The notes: generated by a model not told the origin, from the letters alone. A stretch of DNA of 49,411 nucleotides from Verrucomicrobiales bacterium (GCA_040375265.1 JBEISV010000002.1:1-49411), one strand, 5' to 3'. Positions 26,612-37,900 are shown, counted from the first letter of the stretch. Numbers and translations are program-made.

Positions 26612-27601
26612 TCACTTCAGGGGTTTGCCGGCGAGCGAACGTTTGATCGCCCCGAGCACCCGGCGCTGTGCCGAGAGGGCGCTCCCGGCGACGCGGGCGC
26701 CGGCCGCCGCCTTGTGGCCGCCGCCGCCGAACAGGCTGGCGATTTCGTTGACGTTCACGTCTGCCGTCTTGCTCCGCAGGCTGATGCGGGTGATGTCAGC
26801 CTCGGTTTCCTCGAAAACTACGGCGACCAACACGCCTTCGATGGCGCGGATGTGATCAATCAGGCCTTCGCTTTCCTCCACGTTGGCGCCGGCCCGGCTG
26901 TAATTCGTCTTCTTCAGCCAGAAATAGGCGGTCTTGCCGTCGTGGGTCAGGCGAAAGGTGCTGTAGACGTGCCGGAGAAGCCGGACCCGGGTGATCGGAA
27001 AGCTCTGGTAGATCTCCTGGCAAATGTGACCGAGGTTGGCCCCCCGTTCGACGAGTTCCGCCGCGGTATGCAGCGTCTCGGGGACGACCGACGGATACTG
27101 GAAGGAACCGGTGTCCGTGCTGATGGCGGCGAACAGGCAGTCGGCAATCGGCTGGGTAATCTTCCAGCCTGCCCAGGCACACAGGTCGAAGATGAGCTCG
27201 CCGGTTGACGGCTCCCGCGGGGAAACCCAGTTCACGTCGCCGTAGCGGGTGTTGCTGGCGTGATGGTCGATGTTGATCAGGTCGCCACGCTCGCCGATGT
27301 GGTCGGCGACCTTGCCGAGGCGTTCCGCACTGGCGCAGTCCGTGGCAATGACTAAATCAAATTTCTGGCCCGACTTGGGGCGGGAAAGGCGCCGGTCCCG
27401 GTCGAGAAAGCGAAGTTTGTCGGGGACGGGGTCCTGATTCCAGACCGTGACTTCCTTGCCGGCGTTCTCGAGAGCCAGCGCGAGGCCAACTTGGCTGCCG
27501 ATGCAGTCACCATCGGGGCGGACATGCCCCACGATGCAGATCGTCTTGGCTGCCTCTATCAGCTCGATGATGCGTTCAACCGTCTTGGGAACTGGCTTCA
27601 T
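26612..27601 (-). CDS. nrnA: DHH/DHHA1 phosphoesterase (NrnA-like oligoribonuclease / pAp phosphatase)
   Basis: ICIVGHVRPDGDCIGS, INIDHHASN, and GGGGHKAAAG (DHHA1). Located in the nusA-infB operon, as in many bacteria. Confidence 0.8.
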   Translation of the reverse strand: MKPVPKTVERIIELIEAAKTICIVGHVRPDGDCIGSQVGLALALENAGKEVTVWNQDPVPDKLRFLDRDRRLSRPKSGQKFDLVIATDCASAERLGKVADHIGERGDLINIDHHASNTRYGDVNWVSPREPSTGELIFDLCAWAGWKITQPIADCLFAAISTDTGSFQYPSVVPETLHTAAELVERGANLGHICQEIYQSFPITRVRLLRHVYSTFRLTHDGKTAYFWLKKTNYSRAGANVEESEGLIDHIRAIEGVLVAVVFEETEADITRISLRSKTADVNVNEIASLFGGGGHKAAAGARVAGSALSAQRRVLGAIKRSLAGKPLK

Positions 27602-27625
27602 TCTTCGCGGAAGAAGGCGAAACGG

Positions 27626-28021
27626 TCAGGCGGGTGGGATTGAAGTCGCAGTCGAAGCGGGGGCGGCCGGTTGGAGTTCGTCCAGCAACGCGATGACCCG
27701 GTTTCCCTCGGCCACGGCGTCGCCGACTTGGAAGCGCAACTCAGGCGTGAACTTGAGTCGGATAGCGCCCCCAACCATGGATTGGATCATCTTGGCACGT
27801 TCCTCAACCCGTTGGGGCGCCAGCTTGCGCTGCGCGTTGGTGCCGACGAATCCGAGGAAGACGATGGCGGACCGCAGGTCGCGGGAAACGCCCACGTCAT
27901 TCACGGTCAGGAGGCCGACCTCCTCGATGCTGAATTCCCGCCGGATGATCTCGGAGAGCTCCTGGCGGAGCAGTTCCTTGACCCGGGCGATGCGGCGATT
28001 GGGTGACGTCTCAGGTTGCAT
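27626..28021 (-). CDS. rbfA: ribosome-binding factor A
   Basis: RIARVKELLRQELSEIIRREF...LLTVNDVGVSRDLRSAIVF is RbfA family. Positioned directly downstream of infB. Confidence 0.9.
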   Translation of the reverse strand: MQPETSPNRRIARVKELLRQELSEIIRREFSIEEVGLLTVNDVGVSRDLRSAIVFLGFVGTNAQRKLAPQRVEERAKMIQSMVGGAIRLKFTPELRFQVGDAVAEGNRVIALLDELQPAAPASTATSIPPA

Positions 28022-28059
28022 GGATCAGGACCGGCCGAAGCCGGCCGTTCGTCGGCCGC

Positions 28060-30723
28060 TCAGAGCTTTTGGGCGATCTTCTCTACGGTGTAGCACTCGA
28101 TGAAATCGCCTTCGGCGTATTCGTCGAAGCCTTCGAGGCGGACGCCGCATTCCATGCCGGCGCGAACCTCGTTCACTTCGTCCTGGAAGCGCTTGAGCGT
28201 GAGCGAGACACCTTCGTAGATGATATGGGTCTTGCGGCGGACGCGCATCTTGCCGCGGAGCAGCTTGCCACTGGCCACGTAGCAGCCGGCCACCTTGCCG
28301 CCCTTGGAAAGGTCGAACACCTTGCGGACCTCCGCCTGGCCGACCGGAACTTCCTTGAGCAGGGGATCGAGCAGGCCGGCCATGGCCTCCTTCACCTGGT
28401 CGATGAGTTCGTAGATGATCGCGTAGAGCTTGATCTGGATGCCCTCGCGCTTGGCGGCCTCGGCGGCGCTGTTGTCCACGCGGGTGTGGAAACCTAGCAC
28501 GACCGCATCGGCGGACGCGGCGAGCATGACGTCATCGACCGTGATCGCGCCGACCGCGTCGCGGATGATTTCGAGGGAAATCTTGTCGGACTCGATCTTG
28601 CGCAGGGCCTCGCAAATCGCCTCGACGGAACCCTGGGTGTCGGCCTTGACGATGACCTTGAGCACCTTGGCGCTCGCATCCTTGATGCCGCCGAAGATGT
28701 CTTCGAGCGAGGCACGTTTGGGCCTCACGCCGTCGAGTTCGGCCTTCTTGCGCTCCTCAAAACGTTCCTCAGTCAGGCTACGGGCGGCCTTGTCATTGTC
28801 CACCGCGCTGAATTCGGAGCCGGCTTCGGGAATGCCGTTGAGGCCGAGAACGCGGACGGCCACGGACGGAATGGCTTCCTTCAGGCGCTGGCCCTCCTCG
28901 TTCATCATGGCGCGGACGCGGCCGTAATGTTCGCCGCAGATGATTACCTCGCCCAAGCGCAGGGTGCCCTTGCGGACAAGCACGGTGGCGACCGGGCCGC
29001 CAGCTTCGACGCCGGACTCAATGACGTTGCCCTTCGCCTTGCGATTGGGATTGGCCTTGAGCTCGAGCAGTTCCGCCTGCAGGAGGATGGAATCAATGAG
29101 CTTGTCGATGCCCTGCTTGGTGTGGGCCGAGCAGTCGACATAAAGGGTGTCACCACCCCAATCGTCGGGCACCAAACCCTTCTCCTGCAGTTGCTGCCGC
29201 ACCTTCATCGGATTGGCATTGGGGTGGTCACATTTGTTGACGGCGACGATGATCGGCACCCGGGCGGCCTTGGCGTGGGCCAACGCTTCCAACGTCTGGG
29301 GCATCACTCCGTCGGTGGCGGCGACCACGAGGATGACAATGTCGGTCACGTTCGCCCCGCGGGCCCGCATCGCGGAGAACGCGGCGTGGCCCGGGGTGTC
29401 GAGGAACGTGAGCTGCTGGAGGACACCCGTGTTGGGGTGGGGATACGAAATCGTGTAGGCGCCAATGTGCTGCGTGATTCCGCCCGCTTCGCCGGCGACG
29501 ACGTTGGCCTTGCGGATGACGTCGAGCAGCGAGGTTTTGCCGTGGTCGACGTGGCCCATGATCGTGATGATCGGGGCGCGCGGCTGCATTTCCTCCAGCT
29601 TGTCGTCCTGGTCGAGTTCCAGCTTCTGCTCGCGCGGCTGGATGTTGACCTGGTGGGCCTCAAGGTTCCGTTTTTCGGTGTCGAAACGGATGTTGTTCTT
29701 GGCGCAGACTTTTTGGGCGAGTTCCGGATCAATCGTCTGATTGACCGTCACAAACGCGCCCATCGACATGAGGTCCGCGATGATCTGGAACGGCTTCTTG
29801 CCCATCTTTTCCGCGAGTTCGCGGACGACGATGGGCGGCTTCATGATGATGGTCGGCGCGTCCACCGCGAGCGACGGCTTGGGTGGTCCGGCTGGCCGTC
29901 CGGGAGCCGGATTGCCATAGGCGGGCCGACCCTGGCCAGGCCGTTGGCCCGGGCCGGAAGCTTGACCGGACCGTTGATATTGGCCCGGGCGATGTCCGGC
30001 GCCGGCCGTCTGGCCAGGGCGTGCTTGGAACGGTGCGCGTTGTCCGGAGCCGGCGAAACCACGTCGGTCGTCCGGGCGCCCCATCGGAGGCCGCTGCGGG
30101 GGCGGGGGAGGAGGCGGGGGAGGAGGGTTGCGCTGCGCGGCAGTCAGCCCACCGGCACGTCCCTCATAGCGATTCCCAAGATTGATCCGGCCAACCAGTT
30201 GGCCGAGCTGCGATTTTGGCGGTTCAGTCGGCGCCACGGGCGCGGGCACAGGCGGCGGCGTGATGGGTTGGGGGAAGGCCGGCGCAGTCGCCGCGGGTGC
30301 CGGGGCTGCCGGGAGGGCCACCGGCTCATCCGCAATCGCCGGGGCGACCGGAGCCAACGATGCAACGGGTTCCGGCTCCGGTTCGTAATCTTCCTGCGGG
30401 GCGACGACAGATGCTGCCTGCACCGGTTCTACCACCGGGGGCGGTTCGGGTGCCGGGGGTGGCACGATGATGATCGGCCGGTCGTCGACCGGTGGTGGTG
30501 GCGGCGCCGTGGCCACGGGTGCCGGACTGCCCGTTTCTTCGGGGGCGGAAGCGGCCTGCCCGGCGAGGGGCAGCAGCTGTTCCTTGAGGTATTCGGCAGT
30601 AATCTTATCGAGCGAGCTCGACGGAACTTTGGCGGCGGAAATGCCCAGCTCCTTTGCCTTGGCAAGCACCAGCTTGCTCTCGAGGCTTAGTTCCTTGGCG
30701 ATCTCGTAAATGCGAACGGGCAT
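28060..30723 (-). CDS. infB: translation initiation factor IF-2
   Basis: The N-terminus [12 protein letters not shown] begins the IF2 N-domain. A Pro/Ala-rich linker follows. The GTPase domain has [19 protein letters not shown] and NKCD, and the C-terminal domains are conserved. Confidence 0.95.
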   Translation of the reverse strand: MPVRIYEIAKELSLESKLVLAKAKELGISAAKVPSSSLDKITAEYLKEQLLPLAGQAASAPEETGSPAPVATAPPPPPVDDRPIIIVPPPAPEPPPVVEPVQAASVVAPQEDYEPEPEPVASLAPVAPAIADEPVALPAAPAPAATAPAFPQPITPPPVPAPVAPTEPPKSQLGQLVGRINLGNRYEGRAGGLTAAQRNPPPPPPPPPPQRPPMGRPDDRRGFAGSGQRAPFQARPGQTAGAGHRPGQYQRSGQASGPGQRPGQGRPAYGNPAPGRPAGPPKPSLAVDAPTIIMKPPIVVRELAEKMGKKPFQIIADLMSMGAFVTVNQTIDPELAQKVCAKNNIRFDTEKRNLEAHQVNIQPREQKLELDQDDKLEEMQPRAPIITIMGHVDHGKTSLLDVIRKANVVAGEAGGITQHIGAYTISYPHPNTGVLQQLTFLDTPGHAAFSAMRARGANVTDIVILVVAATDGVMPQTLEALAHAKAARVPIIVAVNKCDHPNANPMKVRQQLQEKGLVPDDWGGDTLYVDCSAHTKQGIDKLIDSILLQAELLELKANPNRKAKGNVIESGVEAGGPVATVLVRKGTLRLGEVIICGEHYGRVRAMMNEEGQRLKEAIPSVAVRVLGLNGIPEAGSEFSAVDNDKAARSLTEERFEERKKAELDGVRPKRASLEDIFGGIKDASAKVLKVIVKADTQGSVEAICEALRKIESDKISLEIIRDAVGAITVDDVMLAASADAVVLGFHTRVDNSAAEAAKREGIQIKLYAIIYELIDQVKEAMAGLLDPLLKEVPVGQAEVRKVFDLSKGGKVAGCYVASGKLLRGKMRVRRKTHIIYEGVSLTLKRFQDEVNEVRAGMECGVRLEGFDEYAEGDFIECYTVEKIAQKL

Positions 30724-30744
30724 ATTTGAAAACTCTGCAAATTC

Positions 30745-30791
30745 AACCGCCCCGCCCCGGCTTTGCTAGGCCGAAAATGGGCGGGGCGGTT
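30745..30791 (-). other. strong stem-loop in the nusA-infB intercistronic spacer
   Basis: 13-bp perfect stem AACCGCCCCGCCC (30745-30757) pairs with GGGCGGGGCGGTT (30779-30791). An inner CGG/CCG pairing lies within. No adjacent U-tract on the transcribed strand. Confidence 0.5.
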
Positions 30792-30817
30792 TCCTGTGAA
30801 ACCGTCTCCGGGAGCAC

Positions 30818-32107
30818 TTACGCAAGCGGGGCGGAGCCATCCGGGCCTCCGTCGCCAGCCTGACGGCGAACCATTTCGCCCCGGGCTGCCTCCAAAATAG
30901 TAGTCGCGGCCTCGCCGATTCCCGGCATGGCCGCCAAGTCGCCGACCTCGGCATCTAACAGGTCCTCGACGCTATGGAAACCCATGTTGACCAGCACGCG
31001 GGCGTGGTCGTCGGAGATTCCCGGCACCGCGGCGAGTTCGTGGACGGCGTGATCGACCTTCGCCTCGAAACCAGTCACATCGGCCTCGGCTTCGATGTCA
31101 ATCTGCCAACCGGTCAGGCGGGACGCCAAGCGCGCGTTTTGTCCCCGCTTGCCCACGGCCAACGGCAGCTGGTCCGGCGTCGTCGTGACCAGAATCCGCT
31201 TCATGCTTTCGTCAACCCGGAAGGACTTCACTTTGGCGGGATCAAGCGCCTTCGCGACGTAAGCCTTGATGTCCGGCGACCACGGGATGATGTCCACCTT
31301 CTCGTTGTTGAGCTCGCGGACGATATTCTTCACGCGCTGACCGCGCAGCCCAACGCAGGCGCCGACGGGATCCACCTTCGGATCGCGGGAAAAAACCGCC
31401 AGCTTGGTCCTGAAGCCGGGCTCGCGGGCGATGGATTTGACCTCAATCGTGCCGTCGTTGAGTTCGGCAACTTCCAGCCTGAAAAGTTTCAGCACGAACT
31501 GCGGGTCGGCCCGGGTCAGCAGAATTTCGGGGCCGTGAATCGTCTGGATGACGTCCTTGACGAAGCAACGAATTCGCTCGCCGATCTGGTATTCCTCGGT
31601 CGGCACCCGTTCCCGGTTCGGGAGAATCGCCTCGAACTTGCCGAGATCGAGGACGACGTCGGACTTCTCGAAGCGGCGAACGGTGCCGTTCACGATGTCG
31701 CCGACCCGATCCTTGAATTCGTCGAAGATCATCGCCTTCTCGGCCTTGCGCAGCTGCGACATGAGGGCCTGCTTGGCGTATTGCGCGGCAATCCGGCCGA
31801 AACCGGCCGGAGTCACCTCGACCTCGACTTCGTCGCCGACCTTGGCCTCGGAAAAGCCCTTGCGGCGGGCATCGAAGGGGGTGATCTGATCGTGCTTGGA
31901 AACCACCCGGTCCGCGACGATGAGTTTGGCCCAGGCGGAGATGTCGCCGGAGCGGGGATCAATGGTCACCCTGAGTTCGCGCGCCGGACCGACTGCCTTC
32001 TTGGCGGCTGCCATCAGGGATTCCTGAACAGCAGTGAGCAGGACATCCTTGCTGATGCCCTTTTCCTTCTCCCAAAACTCGAGAATTGCCAACAGTTCGG
32101 CGTTCAT
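30818..32107 (-). CDS. nusA: transcription termination/antitermination factor NusA
   Basis: MNAELLAILEFWEKEKGI (N-terminal domain), S1 and KH regions (GACVGLRGQRVKNIVREL, AVGKRGQNARLASRLTGW), and a C-terminal HhH-type repeat. ATG at 32107. Confidence 0.9.
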   Translation of the reverse strand: MNAELLAILEFWEKEKGISKDVLLTAVQESLMAAAKKAVGPARELRVTIDPRSGDISAWAKLIVADRVVSKHDQITPFDARRKGFSEAKVGDEVEVEVTPAGFGRIAAQYAKQALMSQLRKAEKAMIFDEFKDRVGDIVNGTVRRFEKSDVVLDLGKFEAILPNRERVPTEEYQIGERIRCFVKDVIQTIHGPEILLTRADPQFVLKLFRLEVAELNDGTIEVKSIAREPGFRTKLAVFSRDPKVDPVGACVGLRGQRVKNIVRELNNEKVDIIPWSPDIKAYVAKALDPAKVKSFRVDESMKRILVTTTPDQLPLAVGKRGQNARLASRLTGWQIDIEAEADVTGFEAKVDHAVHELAAVPGISDDHARVLVNMGFHSVEDLLDAEVGDLAAMPGIGEAATTILEAARGEMVRRQAGDGGPDGSAPLA

Positions 32108-32136
32108 ATCGTCAACAGCCCCCGTCCCACCGGGGT

Positions 32137-32163
32137 AACAAAAAAGCCGGTTGGAAAACCGAC
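32137..32163 (-). terminator. terminator-like hairpin plus U-tract in the tatD-nusA spacer, ending 30 nt upstream of the nusA ATG
   Basis: The minus strand reads GTCGGTT-TTCC-AACCGGC (7-bp stem with one G-U pair), followed by TTTTTTGTT. Confidence 0.4.
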
Positions 32164-32286
32164 TTCTTCGTGGCGCCAATCGCCGGCCAGCAAGACGTTT
32201 ACGTGACGGACCCTAGGTTTTGCCAAGGATAAGCGTCAAGCGTGGGTTTCGATTGTTCGGGCCGCCCGGCCTGGCGCCGGCACCGG

Positions 32287-33105
32287 TCACGGCGTGGGCT
32301 GGGCGAGCCGCGGGAAAAAGGCACGCGCGGTCGTGCCGGTGACGCGGCTGAGTTCTTCCAGCGTGCAGCCCCGGATCTGGGCGATCGCCGTGGCCAGGTC
32401 CCGCACGAAGGCGGGTTCGCAGCGCTGGCCTCGGTGCGGGACCGGAGCGAGAAATGGGCAGTCGGTTTCCAACATGAAGCGGTCCAATGGTGTGGCCAGC
32501 AAGGTTTCGCGCACCTGGGTGGCGTTCTTGAACGTGGCGATGCCGGTGAAGCTGACCAACGATCCCGCCGACACGACCCGGCGCATTTCCTCCGGGGTGC
32601 CGACAAAGCAGTGGAAAACGCCGCAGACGCGGCCGGTGAACGGCTGAAGCATTGTCATGGTGTCGGCAAACGAATCGCGGGTATGGATGACCAGGTTGAG
32701 GCCCAGTTCGACCGCCACTTCAAGCTGTTGGGCAAAAACGCGCGCCTGCTTGGCCTTGATGCGCCCGTCGTCCTCGGCCGAGCCACCGGACTTGGAGGGG
32801 AGCCGATAGTAGTCGAGACCGCATTCGCCAATGGCGACGACCTTCGGATGGCGCCCCAGCTCCCGAAGTTCCGCCCGGAAATCCTCGGGGGCCGCCTCGG
32901 CTTCGCCGGGATGCCAGCCGGCGGCGGCGTAGACGCCAGGGTAACGTTCGGCCAAAGCGACTGCCCGGCGGCTGGATTCGAGGTCCGTGCCGATCGAGAT
33001 GATCTGCTCGATTCCGGCCGCGTGGGCGCGGGCGATAACCTCCGGCAGGTCGGCGGAATATTCCGGGAAATCCAAGTGGGCGTGCGTGTCGAGGAAGACG
33101 GCCAT
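32287..33105 (-). CDS. tatD: TatD family metal-dependent hydrolase/DNase
   Basis: MAVFLDTHAHLDFPEY...IGECGLDYY...VIHTRDS...FHCF...LLETDCPFLAP. ATG at 33105; the longer track ORF is an unsupported extension. Confidence 0.9.
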   Translation of the reverse strand: MAVFLDTHAHLDFPEYSADLPEVIARAHAAGIEQIISIGTDLESSRRAVALAERYPGVYAAAGWHPGEAEAAPEDFRAELRELGRHPKVVAIGECGLDYYRLPSKSGGSAEDDGRIKAKQARVFAQQLEVAVELGLNLVIHTRDSFADTMTMLQPFTGRVCGVFHCFVGTPEEMRRVVSAGSLVSFTGIATFKNATQVRETLLATPLDRFMLETDCPFLAPVPHRGQRCEPAFVRDLATAIAQIRGCTLEELSRVTGTTARAFFPRLAQPTP

Positions 33106-33219
33106 GGCGCCGGCTAGGTTGCCGGACCGCGTCGCCCTGGCAAACTGGATTGGTCTGCCGAAGGGGTGCCGGCGCACTGATGGCTTCCCTTCAAGTCCGG
33201 CGCCCGTAGGCTCTTCCGC

Positions 33220-34146
33220 ATGTCTTCTTTGCCGAAACCCGAGGTTGTCTGCACCCATGAAAGCGATCTCGACGGACTGGTGGCCGGGGTGTTGCTCCAA
33301 CGGCTGGCCCGCAAACTTCATGGGGCGGAAGTGCCCCTGCAGGCCTGGAATTACCAGGGCTGGAAAAACCGCCAGCTCAGCGAACGTGCGGCTTGGGTGA
33401 CCGACTTCACGTTCGAAGCCCGGCTGGACCGGCCCGACTGGGTGGTCATCGACCACCATTCGACCGCGATCCCGGCGCAAAAGGCTCGCCTGATCCACGA
33501 TTCGAAAAAGTCGGCCGCGCTCCTATGCTACGAACTGTGCCGCGAGGCCGGGCTCCAGTCGGCCGCGTTGGACCGGTTGGTAGACCTCACAAACATCGGC
33601 GACCTCTGGCTGAGGCAGAGCGCGGATTTCGAACTGGCCTGCGACTACGCCAACTTGGTCAAGACCTACGGGTTTTGGGCGCTGCACAACCTCATCGGGG
33701 GCGAACTGGAGCGGCTGGTGGATCACCCGTTGCTGGAGGTGATGTCGGTCAAACGCCGGATCGAAGATCCCCTGGGCTACGAATGGAGCCGCAACCACAT
33801 CGAGGCCGTTTGCCCGGAAGTCGGGGTGGTCCGCACGACCATCGGCAACACGAACCTGATCGTGCACCACCTGCTGGACCGCGGCGCGACCAGCTTCAAG
33901 GTGCTGGCCACGTTTTTCCCCAAGTCGAACCGCACCATCGTGGTCAGCTTCCGCAGCCTGAACGGCGAGGCGCTGGCGGTGGCGGCGAAGCTTCAGGGCG
34001 GGGGACATCCCAACGCCGCGGGAACGACGCTCCCGAAAAGCGTCCAGGACATCGAGTCGGCGGTGGTTTACCTGCGGCAAGTGCTCGCCCCGGCCGCGAC
34101 GGGGGCAGCCGAATTCAACAACCCGTTCGCCGCCCTGAAATTGTAG
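33220..34146 (+). CDS. second DHH/DHHA1 family phosphoesterase (NrnA-like paralogue)
   Basis: VCTHESDLDGLVAG (DxD motif), WVVIDHHS (DHH motif), and LQGGGHPNAAG (DHHA1 GGGH motif). Confidence 0.65.
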   Translation: MSSLPKPEVVCTHESDLDGLVAGVLLQRLARKLHGAEVPLQAWNYQGWKNRQLSERAAWVTDFTFEARLDRPDWVVIDHHSTAIPAQKARLIHDSKKSAALLCYELCREAGLQSAALDRLVDLTNIGDLWLRQSADFELACDYANLVKTYGFWALHNLIGGELERLVDHPLLEVMSVKRRIEDPLGYEWSRNHIEAVCPEVGVVRTTIGNTNLIVHHLLDRGATSFKVLATFFPKSNRTIVVSFRSLNGEALAVAAKLQGGGHPNAAGTTLPKSVQDIESAVVYLRQVLAPAATGAAEFNNPFAALKL

Positions 34147-34196
34147 CCGCTGTTTCCGGCTCGTCAGCCCGCCCCGAAATTTAACAAGCTCGCCCC

Positions 34197-34937
34197 ATGG
34201 CCTCACCTTATTCGACCCGCTATTACGAAGGTTTGAAGGAAGACTCCGCCGCCTCTGCGCGGGCGACCGTGCCGTTGGTCCTCGAACTGGTGCCGGCGAA
34301 ATCCGTGGTGGATGTCGGCTGCGGCTCCGGCACTTGGGCGAAGGAATATCTGGCGGCCGGCTGCGATGTGCTGGGGATTGACGGCAGCGTGGTCCAGCCG
34401 GACCAGTTGTTGATTCCGGTGGAGCGGTTCCAGCGGGCCAATCTGGCTGAACCGCTGCGGCTCGACCGGCAATTCGACCTCGTGAACTGCCTCGAAGTCG
34501 CCGAGCACCTTGATGGCGCGCGGGCTGAGACCTTCGTGGCGGATCTTTGCCGGCTGGGGGATGCGGTCGTGTTTTCGGCGGCGATTCCCGGTCAGGGCGG
34601 GACCCACCATGTCAACGAGCAGTGGCAGTCCTACTGGGTCGAACGGTTCCGGGCCCAGGGCTTTATCGCGGTGGATTGCCTGCGCCATCGCCTGTGGAAC
34701 GACGACCGGGTGGCGTGGTGGTATCGCCAGAATGTGTTCGTGTTCCTTCGGGAGTCGCGGATGGCGGGTTATCCCGCGGCCGTGGCGGCGCAGCGTCCTT
34801 GGCCGGTCGACTTGGTGCATCCGCGGGCCTACTTGGTGGCCACGGTTCCCAGCGAGATGTCGCCCCGGATGGCGGTCGAAGTGTTGAAGGCGCTGCCCCA
34901 TTTCCCGGGGAAGGTGGCCGCCCACTTCCGGCGGTAG
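34197..34937 (+). CDS. class I SAM-dependent methyltransferase
   Basis: VVDVGCGSGTWAKEYLAAGCDVLGIDGS (motif I) and FDLVNCLEVAEHL. Confidence 0.75.
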   Translation: MASPYSTRYYEGLKEDSAASARATVPLVLELVPAKSVVDVGCGSGTWAKEYLAAGCDVLGIDGSVVQPDQLLIPVERFQRANLAEPLRLDRQFDLVNCLEVAEHLDGARAETFVADLCRLGDAVVFSAAIPGQGGTHHVNEQWQSYWVERFRAQGFIAVDCLRHRLWNDDRVAWWYRQNVFVFLRESRMAGYPAAVAAQRPWPVDLVHPRAYLVATVPSEMSPRMAVEVLKALPHFPGKVAAHFRR

Positions 34938-34939
34938 GC

Positions 34940-37900
34940 TTACGACTGCGGATTGGAGTAGAGCAGGTCGTGAACCGCGTTGAGCAGTTCCGGCGCGGTC
35001 AGCGGTTTGCTCAGCACTGGAGGCACGCCGAGGCTGCGCAATTCCTCGATCTTCGCTGCCAACGAGGCTCCGCCGGAGAGGCCGCTGAAAGCCAGCACCC
35101 GGGTGTGCGGGGCGAGTTTGCGGAGGCTGCGGGTAAGCGCCACGCCGTCCATGTGAGGCATCATCACGTCGGTCAGCACTAACTCCACCTTGCTTCGGTG
35201 CTGCGCGACCAGCGCCATGGCGTCGGTGCCATCGCTGGCGATGAGGACCCGGTAGCCATGGCGGGAGAGGATCTCCGAAGCCAGCGAGCGGATTCCGAGT
35301 TCGTCGTCCACGACCAGGATGGTTTCCCCGTTGCCGCGGGGCGCCGAATGGGGCGGCGAGGCGGGACGGGATTCGTCCCGGTTGCAGACGGGCAAGTAGA
35401 CGAGGAACTCCGCGCCTTTGCCCGGCTCGGTGACCACGCGGAAAAATCCGCTGTGACTTTTCACGATGCCCAGGGCGGTAGGCAGGCCGAGCCCGGTTCC
35501 CTTGTTCGCCGCCTTCGTGGTGAAGAAGGGCTCGAAAAGCCGGCTGAGGTTTTCCTGCTCGATCCCGATGCCCGTGTCCTTGACTCCCAGGACCACGTAA
35601 TCCCCGGGCGGAATCGTGCCGTTCACCGCCGGCATGGCCTCTGCGAGGCTGTGATTGTGCGCGCTGAGGGTGAGGCGGCCGCCGTCGGGCATGGCGTCAC
35701 GGGCGTTGACCGCCAAGTTGAGCAGCACCTGGTGGATCTGGGTTGGGTCGCCTTCGACATTCGAGACCTCGGTGTCCATTCGGATGTGGACCTCGATGTT
35801 TTTCGGGAACGTCTCCTTGGCGACCCGCATGATGTCTTTGACCAGATGCTTAGATTGCAGGGGAATCCGTTCGCCCTTCACCCCCCGGGCAAAGGTCAGC
35901 ACCTGACGGACGATGTCGGCGCCGCGGCGGGCGGACTGCTCGACCGTATGCAAAATGTCCTGCGTGTCGGCGTCGGGGTGCATCGCCTGCAGCAACTCGA
36001 TGGACAATAGCACCGGGGCCAGGACGTTGTTGAGGTCGTGCGCGATGCCGCTGGCCAGCAGCCCGATGCCTTCCATCCGCTGGGCGCGGAGATATTGCAT
36101 CTCGACCTGCTTCCGGGACGAGATGTCCTGCTTGATCGCGACGAAGTTGGTGACGTTGCCCTGCTCGTCCTTCAGCGGCGTGATCGTCATCTCCTCGTGA
36201 TACGTCGTGCCGTCCTTGCGCCGGTTCAGCAGTTCGCCCTGCCAGACCTGGCCGGACATGATGGTCTGCCACAGGTTGCTGTAGGATTGCTCCTGCTGCT
36301 GGTCGGACTTCAGGATGCGCAGCGACGAATTGACGATTTCCTCGACGCGGTAGCCGGTCAGCCGCTCGCACGCCGGATTGGCCCAGAGCGCGATCCCGTT
36401 CCGGTCGGTGATGACAATGCCGTTGGCCGCCGCGTTGAGCGCCGATTCCTGGAGCCGCAGCTGGCTCATGGCCGCGTCGAAATCCGTGACGTCGATGAAT
36501 GTCCCGATCAGCCCGCCGAGCGAACCGTCCGCCTGATGATAGGTTGCGCGGTGGAAGATCACCGACCGCTGTGAGCCGGCCGCGTTGCGGACTGTGCCGC
36601 GGTAGACTTGTCGGCCTTGATGCAGGAAAAGCTCATCGTCCCGCAGGCGATATTGGACAGCAAATTCCTCCGGGAAAACATCGGCGACCGTCTTGCCGAT
36701 GAGCTGCTCGCGTGGGAGACCGATGAACTCCGCCAGCGCACGGTTGCATTCCAGGTAGTGCCCCGTGGTGTCCTTCACGAACACCGGCAGCGGCACGGAG
36801 TCGATCAATTCCTGCCGGAAGCGGGCCTGTTCGGAGAGCTTCTGCTCGTCGGCCTTGCGCTGGGAGATGTTCAGCAGCCGGAACAACTGGAGGTTGGCTC
36901 CTGGAATCGCGAGATGTTCGCCGGCGACGTGCCCCCAGAAGACCCGACCGCCGAGCGACCGGTATTCAAATTCGCCCTCGTAGTCGAAGCCTTCTGCGAT
37001 CCGCATCCGCAGCTCCTTGGCCTCGCTGGCTGAACGGGGTTCGAGCGCCAGCAGACGTCCTTCCAGACCGATAAGCCGGTTCCGGTCGCCGTCCGCGAAC
37101 AGTTCCGCGGCGTGCCGGTTGCAATCGGTGATCAGGCCCGACTGGGGCTCGACCAGGAACAGCGCATCCAGCGAGTTGTGGAAGACGGCGGTGAACTTGG
37201 CCTCATTGGCCAGCGCCACGGACAGGGTGTTTTCCCGCTCGGCCTGAAAGTGCGATTCGGCCAGATACGACCGCAGGGCGGGGGCGAGGTGCTGCGCCAG
37301 CCGTTCCAAGCGCGGCAGGGCCGACTCGAGGGAGCTAGGGGCTCCGAGGCGTAACCATACGCCCCCCAGCAGCTCGTCACCCTGCCGGATACCCGCCGAA
37401 AGCGTTTCGGCCAGCAGGGCCGGGCCGCCGAGGCGGGGAAGCGGTCCTTCAACGGGCCGGCCGGCGATTGAATCAAGCAGGCTCCGCAATTCGGCGGCCG
37501 AAGGTTCCGCCACTTCGGCGAGGGATTCGGCTGGAAAAGTGAGCTCTCCGGGGTTCGAGGCGAGGGCGAGCCGGGCGGCATGGGCGCCGAATGCCGCCGC
37601 GATAGTCGACTCCAGTTCCTGGAAGAGGGCACGGGCATTGGAGCGGGTTAGAAAGGCGAGTGAAAGCCGGTTAAACAGTTCGAGTTCGTTCCGGGACTGC
37701 TCCAGTTGAGCCTGTTGTTCGGCTAGTCGAGCCTGCGATTCGGTCAATTGCGCCAACAGCCGGCGCTGCCCTTCCTCGTGGGCGACCCGTTCGGTAATGT
37801 CCCAGGCCCTGCCACTCACGAGGCGGCGGGAGCCGACGGTGAGGATTTCCAGCGAAGTTTCCGCGACCCGGGGAGACCCATCGGGGTGGGGTATTCGGAG

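Noticed and set aside
30095-30130. G-rich/C-rich run (GGGGGCGGGGGAGGAGGCGGGGGAGGAGGG) that looks like a simple repeat or G-quadruplex motif
   Set aside because: It encodes the poly-proline stretch ([14 protein letters not shown]) of the IF-2 linker region. This is low-complexity coding sequence rather than a separate element.
28927-32206. 587-aa and 410-aa plus-strand ORFs opposite infB and nusA
   Set aside because: They are antisense to two of the most confidently identified genes in the window.
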